64,000 nucleotides of DNA from Candidatus Dormiibacterota bacterium (GCA_963830305.1 CAWHLW010000009.1:229128-293127), one strand, 5' to 3'; numbered from the stretch's first letter, positions 29,468 to 39,319 are shown. The notes: a model not told the origin generated them from the sequence alone. A program made the numbers and translations.

Positions 29468-30232
29468 CTATCCCGCCAGCGGGCTGAGGGCAGTGAGCGC
29501 GCCAAGATCTCCCGCGACCAGCGCAGCGGCGAGCGCCTGGATCCCCTTGCCGTTGGGCTCGCTGAGCACCACGTCGGCGCGAGCCTTGAGGACGTCGACG
29601 GCATTGGCCACCGCCACCGCCACGCCGGCAACCGCAAAGAGCGCGACATCGTTCTCACCGTCACCGACAGCGACGGTGACCGCCGGGGTCTCCCCCATGG
29701 CGCGGAGCGCCGCTTCGATCCCGGTTCGCTTGCTGATGCCCGGAGGCAGCACCATGGCCGAATCCCGGTTGCGAACGACCTGACGATCGACGCCGACCTT
29801 GGCGATCGCAGCCGACAGCTTCGGTTCCTGGCTCCAGGCTGTCGAGCAGAGCACCCGGCCCACGATCAGCGGCGTCACCCCGGTGCGCTGGAGCTCGGCG
29901 ACGAGCCCAGGCGGGACCCGGGGCGCCAGCAGTTGCTCCTGGCCGCTCCCGCGGTCGATCACCACCGCGCCGTTCTCGACCACGATCTGCTCGAAGAGGC
30001 TGCCGGGATCGAAGACATCGATCAGCTCCTCCCAGGTCCGTCCGGTCACCAGGACGAGGCGCATCCCGGCGGCCGCGACGCGCTGCAGGGCTTCGACTGT
30101 CTCGTCGGAGCACACCCCCTCAACGGCGAGTGTCCCGTCGAAGTCGCATGCCAGTACGCGATGCCGCATCCCCTTCATTGTCGGGGGGACGTACCGATCC
30201 AGGCTCGACAGCTCTCGAATCGGCGCTCTCAC
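29468..30232 (-). CDS. HAD-superfamily hydrolase (Cof/HAD-IIB-like phosphatase)
   Basis: 254-aa ORF ...VLACDFDGTLAVEG...VLVTGRTWEEL...GISKRTGIEAAL...VAVGDGENDVALF... GTG at 30232 forms GTGA with the kinase stop. Confidence 0.8.
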   Translation of the reverse strand: MRAPIRELSSLDRYVPPTMKGMRHRVLACDFDGTLAVEGVCSDETVEALQRVAAAGMRLVLVTGRTWEELIDVFDPGSLFEQIVVENGAVVIDRGSGQEQLLAPRVPPGLVAELQRTGVTPLIVGRVLCSTAWSQEPKLSAAIAKVGVDRQVVRNRDSAMVLPPGISKRTGIEAALRAMGETPAVTVAVGDGENDVALFAVAGVAVAVANAVDVLKARADVVLSEPNGKGIQALAAALVAGDLGALTALSPLAG

Positions 30233-31302
30233 AGATCGAATGTCGCCCGGACCTCCGTTCCCTTGCCGAGCTGGGATCTGATCTCGAGCTTTCCCTTGTC
30301 CCCGTCGGCTCGCTCGCGCATCGTCAGCAACCCGAAGTGGCGAGTCCGATCCACCGAGGCCTCGGTCGCCTCCACGTCCATGCCGACGCCGTCATCGCGA
30401 ATCACCGCGCTCACCTGCTTGGGCAGGAAGGTGATCACCACCTCGACGTTGGATGCCTTGGCATGCTTGCGCGCGTTGTTCAGCGCCTCCTGGACGATCC
30501 TGAAGAGGGTCTGCTCGAGGCCGCCGCCCATGCGGATCTCCTCGCCGACCACGCGCAGATGAGCGTTGATCGTGTTGCGCTCACCAAACTCGGCGACGAA
30601 CTTTCGCAGCGTCGGCACCAGGCCCAGGTCGTCGAGAGTCATCGGACGGAGATCGAAGATCAGCCGCCGCGTGTCGTCGAGGACGCTGCGAACACCGTTC
30701 TTGAAATCGGCAAGCTCGCTGACGACCATCTTCGGGTCGCGGGCGATGAGACGCTCGATGATCTCGGCCTGGAGCACCAGGTTGGCCATCGATTGAGCGG
30801 GCCCGTCATGCATGTCCCGGGCGATGCGCATCCGCTCTTCCTCGATGATCTGAAACGTCTGGCGGGACGCGTCGCGAAGCCGGGCGGTGCCGTTGGTCGG
30901 TCCCGCGCTGGCGGCGAGCAGATCGTCGAGGCTGCGATAGACGGCCCGGAGCACCTCCTGCTCTGCACGGATCCCGGTCAGCCGGGTGCCCAGCTCGACC
31001 TGGCGCTCCTCGGTGGCGGCGAGGTCCGCGCGGATCTTGGCGAGGGTCCTGAAGGCGGTGTCGATCTCGTCGACGTCGCCGGCCGGCAAGACGCTCAGCA
31101 GGGCTCCCCAGCGCCCTTCGGCCTCATGCTGAGCGGCACGCAGCTCCAGGAGGCGTGCGGCCACAGCAGAGAGCTCGTCATCGAGCGACGCTGCGGTTGC
31201 ATCGAGGTCCTCGATGCGCTTGGTCACCAGGAATCGGACGCCTGACAGCGCCGATGGGTTCATGGTGGGGGCCGTTTCGACTTCGCTCACCATCGTGATC
31301 AT
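30229..31302 (-). CDS. Soluble sensor histidine kinase, HisKA_3/DegS-like
   Basis: ORF 30229..31320. Coiled-coil N-terminus, H-box IARDMHDGPAQSMANLVLQAEI, HATPase ...QEALNNARKHAKASNV...DDGVGMD...FGLLTMRERA... Start is ATG 31302 or GTG 31320. Confidence 0.85.
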   Translation of the reverse strand: MITMVSEVETAPTMNPSALSGVRFLVTKRIEDLDATAASLDDELSAVAARLLELRAAQHEAEGRWGALLSVLPAGDVDEIDTAFRTLAKIRADLAATEERQVELGTRLTGIRAEQEVLRAVYRSLDDLLAASAGPTNGTARLRDASRQTFQIIEEERMRIARDMHDGPAQSMANLVLQAEIIERLIARDPKMVVSELADFKNGVRSVLDDTRRLIFDLRPMTLDDLGLVPTLRKFVAEFGERNTINAHLRVVGEEIRMGGGLEQTLFRIVQEALNNARKHAKASNVEVVITFLPKQVSAVIRDDGVGMDVEATEASVDRTRHFGLLTMRERADGDKGKLEIRSQLGKGTEVRATFDL

Positions 31303-31435
31303 GTCACCGCAGAGTCGCACCCTGCCTGTAGTTCACAAATGGCTGTGACAGGCCTGTTGCACGGCGAGCCGCAACTGGCGCCCAGCGTATAACCAGATCG
31401 AAGTCGAACCACCGCTCCAGGAAAAAAGCAGCCTT

Positions 31436-31873
31436 ATGACACTCGGCGACCCACCTCGCATTCTCATCGCGGAAGATGACGACTCACTTCGCCGTCTCCT
31501 CGAGTTGCGACTCGCCAGTGACGGTTTCGACGTGCGCTGTGCCGAGGACGGCATGGAGGCGCTGGAAATCGTCATCAAAGGCTGGCTTCCGGATGCGGTT
31601 GTCTGCGACGTGATGATGCCTCGCCTGAGCGGATTGTCGGTCTGCCGCGAGCTCCGTGCTCAGACAAAGACGGCCACGTGCCCGATCATCCTGCTCACAG
31701 CGCGCTGCTTCGACGAAGACATTCAGGCTGTCATGGATCTCGGCGGGATCACATACATGGGCAAGCCCTTCGAGTTTGCGCATCTGCTCAAGATGCTCTG
31801 GTCGTCGGTCGGGCTCGAACAACCGGGCAATGCAACGGCAGCCCGCGTGATCTCGGGAGCATCGCAGGGCTGA
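31436..31873 (+). CDS. Single-domain response regulator (CheY-like receiver)
   Basis: 145-aa ORF ...RILIAEDDDSLRRLL...DAVVCDVMMPRLSG...ILLTAR...GKPF. Confidence 0.88.
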   Translation: MTLGDPPRILIAEDDDSLRRLLELRLASDGFDVRCAEDGMEALEIVIKGWLPDAVVCDVMMPRLSGLSVCRELRAQTKTATCPIILLTARCFDEDIQAVMDLGGITYMGKPFEFAHLLKMLWSSVGLEQPGNATAARVISGASQG

Positions 31874-31881
31874 CGAGCACA

Positions 31882-33555
31882 GTGGCGGGCGGCGTCGTGA
31901 CAAGCGTGGCGGCTGAAGCGGTACACGAGCAGCAGAGCCGGTTCCGCGCGCGCCTCGATTCTCTCATCTCACCAAGCGGGCTCTTCATCGCCGCGGTGCT
32001 GGTCATCGTGGCGCTCCCGGTCACCCGGACCATCCAGGACCCCGATTTCTGGTGGCATCTTCGCGCCGGCCAGCTGATCCTGCAGCACGGCGGTCTGCTC
32101 GGCAACGACCCGTTCACGTACACGGTGGCGAACCATCACTGGACGATGCACGAATGGCTGAACGAGGTGCTGTTCGCCGTGGAGTTCAGCATCGGCGGAC
32201 TCGGGCTCATCGTGCTGATCCTCTCCGCGGTCACGTGGCTCGGGCTCCTCGCGGTCATGCAGAAGGCGCGCCTCCGCAATCCTGGTCGCGGAGTGCTCGG
32301 TCTCGGCATGCTCATCGCGGTGGTTGCTGGATTCCCCATCTGGGGGCCGCGCGTCCAGATGTTCACCTTCGCCTTTACGGCGTTGACGTTGTTCCTCGTC
32401 GAGCGCTATTTCGCTCGCGGCGGCAAGGCGATGTGGTTGCTCGTTCCGTTGTTCGTGCTGTGGAGCAACCTGCACGGTGAATTCGTCGTCGGACTCGGCT
32501 TCATCGCGGTGATCCTGGTGGCGGAGCTCGTCGGTGGCCGCTTGCACATGCCTGATCCCGCGCCGCGGTCACGTCTCCTCCCCGTGCTGTATCTGCTGAT
32601 CGCATGTACGGCGGTGAGCATGATCAACCTCAACGGGCCGGGCATCCTGTTCTACGCGGCCGGAACGCAGACGTCAGCGGCGCAGCAATCACTCATCGAG
32701 GAGTGGTTCTCTCCGAGCTTCCACGACTGGGAGGTGCTCGTCTACGGCGCGATGATGCTCAGCCTCGCGATGCTGATCGTCTTCAACCGGCGCATCCGTG
32801 CGCGGGATGTTGCCCTGGTGCTCGTGGTCACCGCGCTGTCGCTGCAGTCCGCGCGCCACATCGAGCTCTTCGTCGCGGTGGGGACGCCGGTGTTCATCGA
32901 CCAACTCGCGATCGCGACACCACGAATGCGCGCGGCGCTCCGGCGTCTGCGACGCGTGCCCGTCACTGCGCCGGTGCGTGATCGGGTGCAGCCACCGTTG
33001 CTGTTTCGACTCACAGCGTACGCGATGCTGATGGCAGGGCTCGGCGGTGTCTACATCGCGTGGCTGGTGCCGAAGATGCAGCTGCAGCCGTTCTCTCTGA
33101 CGTACGCGCAGGAGTTCCCCGTGTGTGCCGCGCAATGGCTCGCAGGGGCACCGGAACCGCTGAAGATCTTCAATCAATACGGCGAGGGCGGCTACCTCGC
33201 CTACACGCTGTCCTCGCACGGCGACAAGGTCTTCATCTTCGGTGATGCGGCACTCATGGGTGACCAGATGCTCTACACCTACGCAGCCGTCGAGACGGCA
33301 ACACCGAGCTGGGACTCGATCATCCGGAAGTACGGCACTGACATCGTGCTGGACGACATCAACACCCCACTCGCCGACGTCATGGAGCACGCCGCCGACT
33401 GGACCAAGGTCTACCAGGATGGACTGAGCGTCGCGTTCGTTCCGAATGACAAGCTCGCGAGCCTGCAGCTTCCGCCCGTGCCCCACTGGGCGCCGGGAAG
33501 CGTGTGCGCCCGCCAGGTGAAGGCTGCACCGAACACCGGGGCGCAGAACCAGTGA
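31882..33555 (+). CDS. Polytopic membrane protein, paralog 1 (possible GT-C-type glycosyltransferase; family not identified)
   Basis: Within ORF 31678..33555. The part overlapping the upstream RR gene is unlikely to be coding. In-frame GTGs at 31882, 31897 and 31906. Many TM spans. Motifs DPDFWWHLRAGQLIL and FNQYGEGGYLAY are shared with the next gene. Confidence 0.7.
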   Translation: MAGGVVTSVAAEAVHEQQSRFRARLDSLISPSGLFIAAVLVIVALPVTRTIQDPDFWWHLRAGQLILQHGGLLGNDPFTYTVANHHWTMHEWLNEVLFAVEFSIGGLGLIVLILSAVTWLGLLAVMQKARLRNPGRGVLGLGMLIAVVAGFPIWGPRVQMFTFAFTALTLFLVERYFARGGKAMWLLVPLFVLWSNLHGEFVVGLGFIAVILVAELVGGRLHMPDPAPRSRLLPVLYLLIACTAVSMINLNGPGILFYAAGTQTSAAQQSLIEEWFSPSFHDWEVLVYGAMMLSLAMLIVFNRRIRARDVALVLVVTALSLQSARHIELFVAVGTPVFIDQLAIATPRMRAALRRLRRVPVTAPVRDRVQPPLLFRLTAYAMLMAGLGGVYIAWLVPKMQLQPFSLTYAQEFPVCAAQWLAGAPEPLKIFNQYGEGGYLAYTLSSHGDKVFIFGDAALMGDQMLYTYAAVETATPSWDSIIRKYGTDIVLDDINTPLADVMEHAADWTKVYQDGLSVAFVPNDKLASLQLPPVPHWAPGSVCARQVKAAPNTGAQNQ

Positions 33556-35102
33556 AACGCCCGGACCTCCTGGTGATCGCCGGCGCCGATTCCGGTCGCC
33601 GCGCATCGGCGAGCAGGATCGCGTGGATCGCCGCGGCCGCGATTGTCGTGCTCGTGCTCACCGTGCAGCCATTCAGCAATACGGACGTGTGGTGGCATCT
33701 CGCGCTCGGGCGCCTGATCACCACCAGCGGCATCCCGGCCCATGAACCGTTCAGCTTCCTGCCCGCGGCGCACGCATGGGTTGGGCAGCAATGGCTTTAC
33801 GAGGTGACCCTCGCCGGACTGGTGGGCGCGGGGGGTGCAGGTCTTGCGTCGCTGGTCATGGGCCTCGCCGCAGTGGCAGCCGTGGTGCTCGCGGCGCTTT
33901 CGATCCCGAGGTCCGCGCGGATCAGTGGACCGTGGCTGGCGATCGCGATGGTGATCACCGGGTTGGTGCTCAACAGCGTCGCCGGCGTGACCAGTGCGGT
34001 GATCTCGGTGCTCGGCTTCGCGATCGTCCTCTTCGTGGTGACCCGCTGGCGTGAGGGAATGACGTCCGCGGTCTGGGGACTGCCGCCACTCTTCCTGCTC
34101 TGGGCGAACATGGACGCCGGATTCGCAGCCGGCCTGCTTCTCGTGCTTGCCGCGCTCCTGCTGTTGCCGAAAGCCGCCACACCGGGTGGGGGCCGGCGTC
34201 AGCTCGCGCTCGCACTGGGGGTCAGTGCCGTTGCGGTGCTCGTCAACCCGCTTGGACCGGGTATCTATGCGTCAGTGCTCTCGGGTGTGTTCAACCCGGG
34301 CGTTGCCCAGAGCCTCGCCGGCTTCGGGACGCCGAACTTCCACGAGTGGTGGGCGCGACTCTTCGAGGCTGAGGTGGTGTTGGTCATCGTGCTCTGGACG
34401 GTGTCCGGCGGACCCGATCGCTTCAGCGCGATCACCGGCTTCGGACTGGTGATCGCGACGCTCTACGCCCAGGAGAACCTCGGGCTCTTTGCGATCTTCA
34501 TGGCGCCGCAGCTTGCAATCCACGGATCGCGGGCGTGGTCGCTGCATGTCGTGCCTCGCGTGCGCAGGCGCCCGGAGGACGGCACGCGCCACCTCCATCC
34601 TGTGCTGATCAGCGCCGTGCTGGTCGCGATGACCGCCGCCATGGCGGTGGCCGTCATCCCCAAGATCAGCACCTCGGCAGCCGCCTCGTACCAGGCAACC
34701 ACCTATCCCGAGGCCGCCGCGACCTTCGCAGGCACCGCGTTCCCGGGGCAGCGCATCTACACGATCGATTCCTGGGGCGGATACCTCGCGTATCGCTTCC
34801 CATCAGGTCGCATCGTCTTCCTCTATGACGAACCCGCCGTTTTTGGCAACAACGCGCTCCAGATGTACGAGGACGTCGATCAGCTCGACCCCAACTGGAT
34901 CCACGTGCTCACCAGCGAGGATATTCACCACGCGATCCTCCCGTCCGATGCTCGCGAGGCGGCGGCACTGCACGTGCTCGGATGGGTCGTCAACTGCTAC
35001 GACCCGAAGAGCAAGAGCCTGGTGATGTCGTCGCCGCCGAGTGGCACGGCGCCGCCGCAGAGTGGCCTGGTCGTCCCGCCGCCCGGGGTGCCCGTCTGCT
35101 GA
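33552..35102 (+). CDS. Polytopic membrane protein, paralog 2
   Basis: ORF 33504..35102. GTG at 33552 forms GTGA with the paralog-1 stop. Motifs NTDVWWHLALGRLIT and IDSWGGYLAYRF parallel paralog 1. Confidence 0.7.
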   Translation: MKRPDLLVIAGADSGRRASASRIAWIAAAAIVVLVLTVQPFSNTDVWWHLALGRLITTSGIPAHEPFSFLPAAHAWVGQQWLYEVTLAGLVGAGGAGLASLVMGLAAVAAVVLAALSIPRSARISGPWLAIAMVITGLVLNSVAGVTSAVISVLGFAIVLFVVTRWREGMTSAVWGLPPLFLLWANMDAGFAAGLLLVLAALLLLPKAATPGGGRRQLALALGVSAVAVLVNPLGPGIYASVLSGVFNPGVAQSLAGFGTPNFHEWWARLFEAEVVLVIVLWTVSGGPDRFSAITGFGLVIATLYAQENLGLFAIFMAPQLAIHGSRAWSLHVVPRVRRRPEDGTRHLHPVLISAVLVAMTAAMAVAVIPKISTSAAASYQATTYPEAAATFAGTAFPGQRIYTIDSWGGYLAYRFPSGRIVFLYDEPAVFGNNALQMYEDVDQLDPNWIHVLTSEDIHHAILPSDAREAAALHVLGWVVNCYDPKSKSLVMSSPPSGTAPPQSGLVVPPPGVPVC

Positions 35103-35109
35103 CGTCCGC

Positions 35110-36460
35110 TCAGAGGCGGTCGCTGCTCGCTGCGGGATTGACGACGGAACGCGCGGCCTCCAGCCCGGCCTCGAGCCGGGTGGTTCGGGCGGCCGCGCCT
35201 TCAGCAGGAAGGGCGGTCCCCCCTGACAGCACCTGCACCAGGTCGTCGCGCTCGAGGAGCCGATAGATCTCGGCAGCGCCGTCGTTCGCCGGCCGGGCAA
35301 CGTCGTCCAGGCCGGCCCGTCCGGCTTCCGCGCTGACGAGCAGCAGCGTTGCGGCACATGCCTCCAGGTCGTCCTGGCCCATCGAGAGGATGACCGCCTG
35401 CTCCGCATACCCGAGCGCACGCAGGAGCGCGCCGCGCTTGATCGACACCTCGGCAAGTGCTCTCGACCCGGACGCCGCGAGCGAATCGAGACTGAGGCTC
35501 CGAGCGATCACGACACTTTCAGTCAGTCGGCGTGCCGCCTCCTCGAGCTCACCGCCGAGCAGCGCGAGCCGACCGAGGTCGTGCAGCGCCTCGGCCGCGA
35601 CCGTCAGGTCACCGGCACGACGAGCGCTGTCGAGCAGTTCCTCACCGTACCGGGCGGCGGCCGCGATATCGTTGCGTGCCCGCGCCAGCCCGCCAAGTGC
35701 CGCGAGGGTGCGCTCGCGGATCTGGCGATCGGCGTCGCTCAGCGAGAGCGCCTGCTCGAGGCAGAGCTCAGCGTGCGCCGTGTCGCCGGCGTGGAACGCC
35801 CCGGCCGCGACGTCGATGAGCAGTCCGGCGATGACCGCATGCAGCTCGCCGCGCAAGTCGCGCGCAAGTGCCTCGCCGATATTGCGCATGGCGTGGCCGC
35901 CTCGCCCGGAGTTCGAGCTCGACCCGTGCAAGGTTGACGAGGGCCTTGGCGACAATCGCGTCGTCGCCGGCGCGCCTGCCCAGCTCCGCTGACTTCTCGA
36001 GGAGTGCAACCGCTGTCACCGCATCGCCTGCGCGGGCCGCATGGCGGCCCCACTCACCCGACACGGCAGCCTGAAGCGCGACCGCACCGCTGCGCTCGGC
36101 AAGGCGCAATGCGGCCTGCCAGTACGCGTCCGCCGCACCGTGGCCCGCAGCCGACAGTGCCTCGGCGAGGTCCGACATGGCGCTCGATGCCCAGTCAGGG
36201 CGCACGAGTGCCCAGACGTTCAGCGCCGAGAGAACATCGGCGCTGGCCCTGATTGTGTCTCCGAGCAGCTGATACGCGAGACCGCGCGCCAGGAGCGCCG
36301 TCCCCCGCTGCTCGGGTTGCCCGTCGGCCGAAAGCCGTTCGAGCGCACGGTCATAGGCCGCGATCGCATCGGCGACGCGACCGTCCCGAAGGGCGGCCGC
36401 ACCGGCAGCAAGTTCATCCGGGCGATCCGGGTGCGGAGCGGCGATCGGTGGGAGCGACAC
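35110..36460 (-). CDS. TPR/helical-repeat-like protein, apparently one gene split by a 1-nt frame break near 35905
   Basis: ORF 35768..36460 (Ala/Leu helical repeats ...AIAAYDRALERL...YWQAALRLAER...) decays into an Arg-rich tail after ...LVNLARVELEL. ORF 35110..36009 becomes protein-like only from ...GGHAMRNIGEALARDL. Total span is 3n+1. Confidence 0.5.
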
Positions 36461-36612
36461 GGCTGACCTGAAGTTTCCAGGACCGAGGCATGCATGCGTT
36501 CGCCTGTAACAGTGGGTGGTGCGGCATCGTTACGAGACCTTCGTCTGGCAAACGCGTCCCGCCGGTAGGCTCACCAGAGTGAGCGAGGCGATCCGCGACC
36601 GTACGCCCGTGC

Positions 36613-38007
36613 TTGATCAGCATGGCTGAAGCTGTGAGTCGAGAGCTCACGCAGACAGCTCCCGCGCGCCCGATGACCAACTCGGCCGACCGCCCGGCTG
36701 GGCGTCTGCCCACGCGCAGACCCCGCAGCGAGTCCACCACGATGCCCATGAGAGATCGCAGGGCAGGCATCGAGCGCACCATCGAGCTGAGCCGCTGGAT
36801 GGTGCTCATCTTCGCCGCGGTCGCCAACAACTTCCCCGGCCTCTCCACCGGACAGTCGACCGCGGCAGTCAACCTGGTACTTGGCGCCTGGGGCGTCTTC
36901 AACCTCGCGGCGACGGTGATGTTGCTTGCCAACCGCATTCCGGGCCGCCGGCTGCAGGTGGCCATGATCATCCTCGACCTCGCCGTCGCCAGCGGCCTCG
37001 TCTACCTCACCGGTGGGTACAACTCCGACCTCGCAGTCACCTTCTTCATCGTGGTGATCGCGAGCAGCCTGCGTTTCGGCCTGGTCGGCAGCATGGCCTG
37101 CGCGTTCGTCGCCGGTGCCGCGTACTTCGTGGTCGGGTTCAACGTCGCGAATCACCATCTCGACACCACGCTCGTCGACGGGCTGGTGTCGCGCCTGTTC
37201 CTGCTCTTCGTGGTCGCGCTGAGCAGCAACCTCCTGGCACGCGAGCTGGTGGGCGAGCGCGACGCGCAGGTGCGCCGGTCGATCGAGCTCGAGCACGCCG
37301 CCTTCGCCGAGCTTCGCGAGGTCGATCGCATCAAGAGCGAGTTCATGATGCTTGCCTCCCACGAGTTGCGGACACCTTTGACCAAGATCAAGGCATGGCT
37401 CACGCTCATGCACGACGCCGGCGATCGCCTGCCCCAGGATGCGCGCGACGAGGGACTGCATGAGCTGCGCCTCGAAGCCGAGCACCTGGCCCGCCTCACC
37501 GACAACCTGCTTTGCATCGCGCAGCTCGAGTTCGGTGAGATTCGCCTCAAGACAGCCGCCGTCGACCTCGAGAACGTCTTCCGCGAGGTGATCGCGCGCT
37601 TTGTCGAGTCCGCGGACCACGACCGTTTTGCGATCACGGTCGCGCCGGATGCGCAGCGAGTGCTCGCCGATCACGAGCGCCTTGCCCTCGTGATCGCCTG
37701 CCTCATCGACAACGCACTGAAGTTCTCGCCCGACTCCGAACCGGTGCGTGTCACCACGTATCGCGCGGTGAACAAGGTGCATGTCGAGGTCAGGGACAAC
37801 GGCCGGCGCATCCCGGACAGTGACGTCGACCGCGTCTTCGCATCCTTCTACCAGGTCGAGTTGCCGCTGCTCCGTCAGCGGGGGGGGTTCGGCGTCGGCC
37901 TCTACCTCGCGCGTCAACTTGTCGAGCGCATGGGTGGACGGATCTGGATCGACAACTCCCGCGCGCGCGGCAACACCTTCGTGGTCGCGCTCCCGGTGCA
38001 CGTCTGA
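36613..38007 (+). CDS. Membrane sensor histidine kinase (HisKA + HATPase_c)
   Basis: 464-aa ORF. N-terminal TM bundle, H-box EFMMLASHELRTPLTKI, ...VEVRDNGRRIPDSDVDRVFASFY...GGFGVGLYLARQLVERMGGRIWI. Confidence 0.9.
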   Translation: MISMAEAVSRELTQTAPARPMTNSADRPAGRLPTRRPRSESTTMPMRDRRAGIERTIELSRWMVLIFAAVANNFPGLSTGQSTAAVNLVLGAWGVFNLAATVMLLANRIPGRRLQVAMIILDLAVASGLVYLTGGYNSDLAVTFFIVVIASSLRFGLVGSMACAFVAGAAYFVVGFNVANHHLDTTLVDGLVSRLFLLFVVALSSNLLARELVGERDAQVRRSIELEHAAFAELREVDRIKSEFMMLASHELRTPLTKIKAWLTLMHDAGDRLPQDARDEGLHELRLEAEHLARLTDNLLCIAQLEFGEIRLKTAAVDLENVFREVIARFVESADHDRFAITVAPDAQRVLADHERLALVIACLIDNALKFSPDSEPVRVTTYRAVNKVHVEVRDNGRRIPDSDVDRVFASFYQVELPLLRQRGGFGVGLYLARQLVERMGGRIWIDNSRARGNTFVVALPVHV

Positions 38008-38146
38008 TGCAGTTCGACACCGATCCGCGGTTGCGGTCCCGTGAAGACGGGCAACGCGTTCGTAACCGCCGCAAACCCGCCGCTGTACCAGTGCTACGTT
38101 GCGCCAATGGGCACGTTTGGTGCGGTCGACCCAACCTGAGGAACGG

Positions 38147-38959
38147 ATGACAACCTTCACGGAATCAATCCTCGCCCCGCTGGGTCACGGCGTCGTCCGC
38201 GCCCCTGCCGAGGCGACGGTCCTCGTCATCGACGATGACCCGGCGATGCGGGACATCCTGGCCACCGTCGCCCAGCAGCACGGGTTCGGGCTGCAGTTCG
38301 CCGAGGACGGCACCGAAGGGCTGCGGCTCGCCGAGCAGAGCGACGTCGACCTGATCCTCCTCGACCTGAGCCTGCCGGGCATGCCCGGGCTCGATGTCTG
38401 CCGGCGGCTCCGCGGAGCCGGCGTCGAGGTTCCGATCATCATCCTGTCCGCGAGCACCGACACCGTCGACGTTGTCGTGGCGCTCGAGATCGGCGCCGAC
38501 GACTACATCGCCAAGCCCTTCGAGATCCGCGAGCTGGCAGCACGCGTCAATGCGAAGCTGCGCCGCCAACGGACCACCCAGTCACAGGTGAGACCCGGAC
38601 GTCTCAAGTTCCCCGGCCTCATCGTCGACATCGGCAGGCATGAGGTGCTACGCGACGGCGAGTCCGTGAACCTCACCCCGACCGAGTTCGACCTCCTGGC
38701 GCTGCTGTCCGCGTCGCCGGGACGCGTGATCTCGCGCTCCGAGATGATCCAGAAAGTCTGGGGGCAGGGCGCGGACCTCGACCTGCGCAGCGTCGATGCC
38801 CACGTGTACCGCCTCCGCCGCAAGATCGAGCCGACGGGCCCCAGGCCGACGTATATCCACGCGGTTCCCGGGATCGGCTATCGCTTCGAGCGTCGCGGCC
38901 TCAACGAGCGCTTGTCACGCAGCGTGACCGGGAGCGACGAGACCGGCCTAGCCAGCTGA
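38147..38959 (+). CDS. OmpR/PhoB-family response regulator
   Basis: ATG at 38147 (GAGGA upstream) within ORF 38099..38959. REC ...VLVIDDDPAMRDIL...LILLDLSLPGMPG...AKPF. Winged helix ...LTPTEFDLLALLSASPGRVISRSEMIQKVWG...VDAHVYRLRRKIE...IHAVPGIGYRF. Confidence 0.9.
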   Translation: MTTFTESILAPLGHGVVRAPAEATVLVIDDDPAMRDILATVAQQHGFGLQFAEDGTEGLRLAEQSDVDLILLDLSLPGMPGLDVCRRLRGAGVEVPIIILSASTDTVDVVVALEIGADDYIAKPFEIRELAARVNAKLRRQRTTQSQVRPGRLKFPGLIVDIGRHEVLRDGESVNLTPTEFDLLALLSASPGRVISRSEMIQKVWGQGADLDLRSVDAHVYRLRRKIEPTGPRPTYIHAVPGIGYRFERRGLNERLSRSVTGSDETGLAS

Positions 38960-39319
38960 CCAGGGCGGTGGCGACCATGCAGTCCGCGTGGACATGCTTC
39001 GCGGCAGCGACCGCCGCTGACCCGACGACTCGACGAGCACGAGCTGGCCGCGATCGTTCAACGCGGCCGGCCGGGCCTCGACGATCTGGCTGCGGAGCAG
39101 TGAGAGTGGCCGTCCGTGGGGACGCTGAAACTCGTAGCAGACCGCTTCACGGCCATCCCAGAGCCGTCGTTTCGACGAGCCTGCGAACACCGCGAGGCTC
39201 CGGGTGACTCGCCGCTGCTGCGGGGTTCTCACGGTGTATGAGATTCGATACATCTCCCCCCGCCGCAACTGGAAACGTTCCACCTCTCCGTGATGGCCTG
39301 CACTTTGTGCATTCATCAT
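38948..39319 (-). CDS. Hypothetical protein
   Basis: C-terminal 123 aa of ORF 38948..39487 from ATG 39319 (MMNAQSAGHHGEVERFQLRRGEMYRISYTV...). No family recognised. The start lies in a locally AT-richer patch. Confidence 0.3.
   Translation of the reverse strand: MMNAQSAGHHGEVERFQLRRGEMYRISYTVRTPQQRRVTRSLAVFAGSSKRRLWDGREAVCYEFQRPHGRPLSLLRSQIVEARPAALNDRGQLVLVESSGQRRSLPRSMSTRTAWSPPPWSAG

Noticed and set aside
36571-38160. 529-aa minus-strand ORF overlapping the membrane histidine kinase. Also 47148..49151 (+) over the long cpaF.
   Set aside because: The opposite strand carries clear H-box/HATPase or TadA motifs in each case. These ORFs are compositional artefacts.
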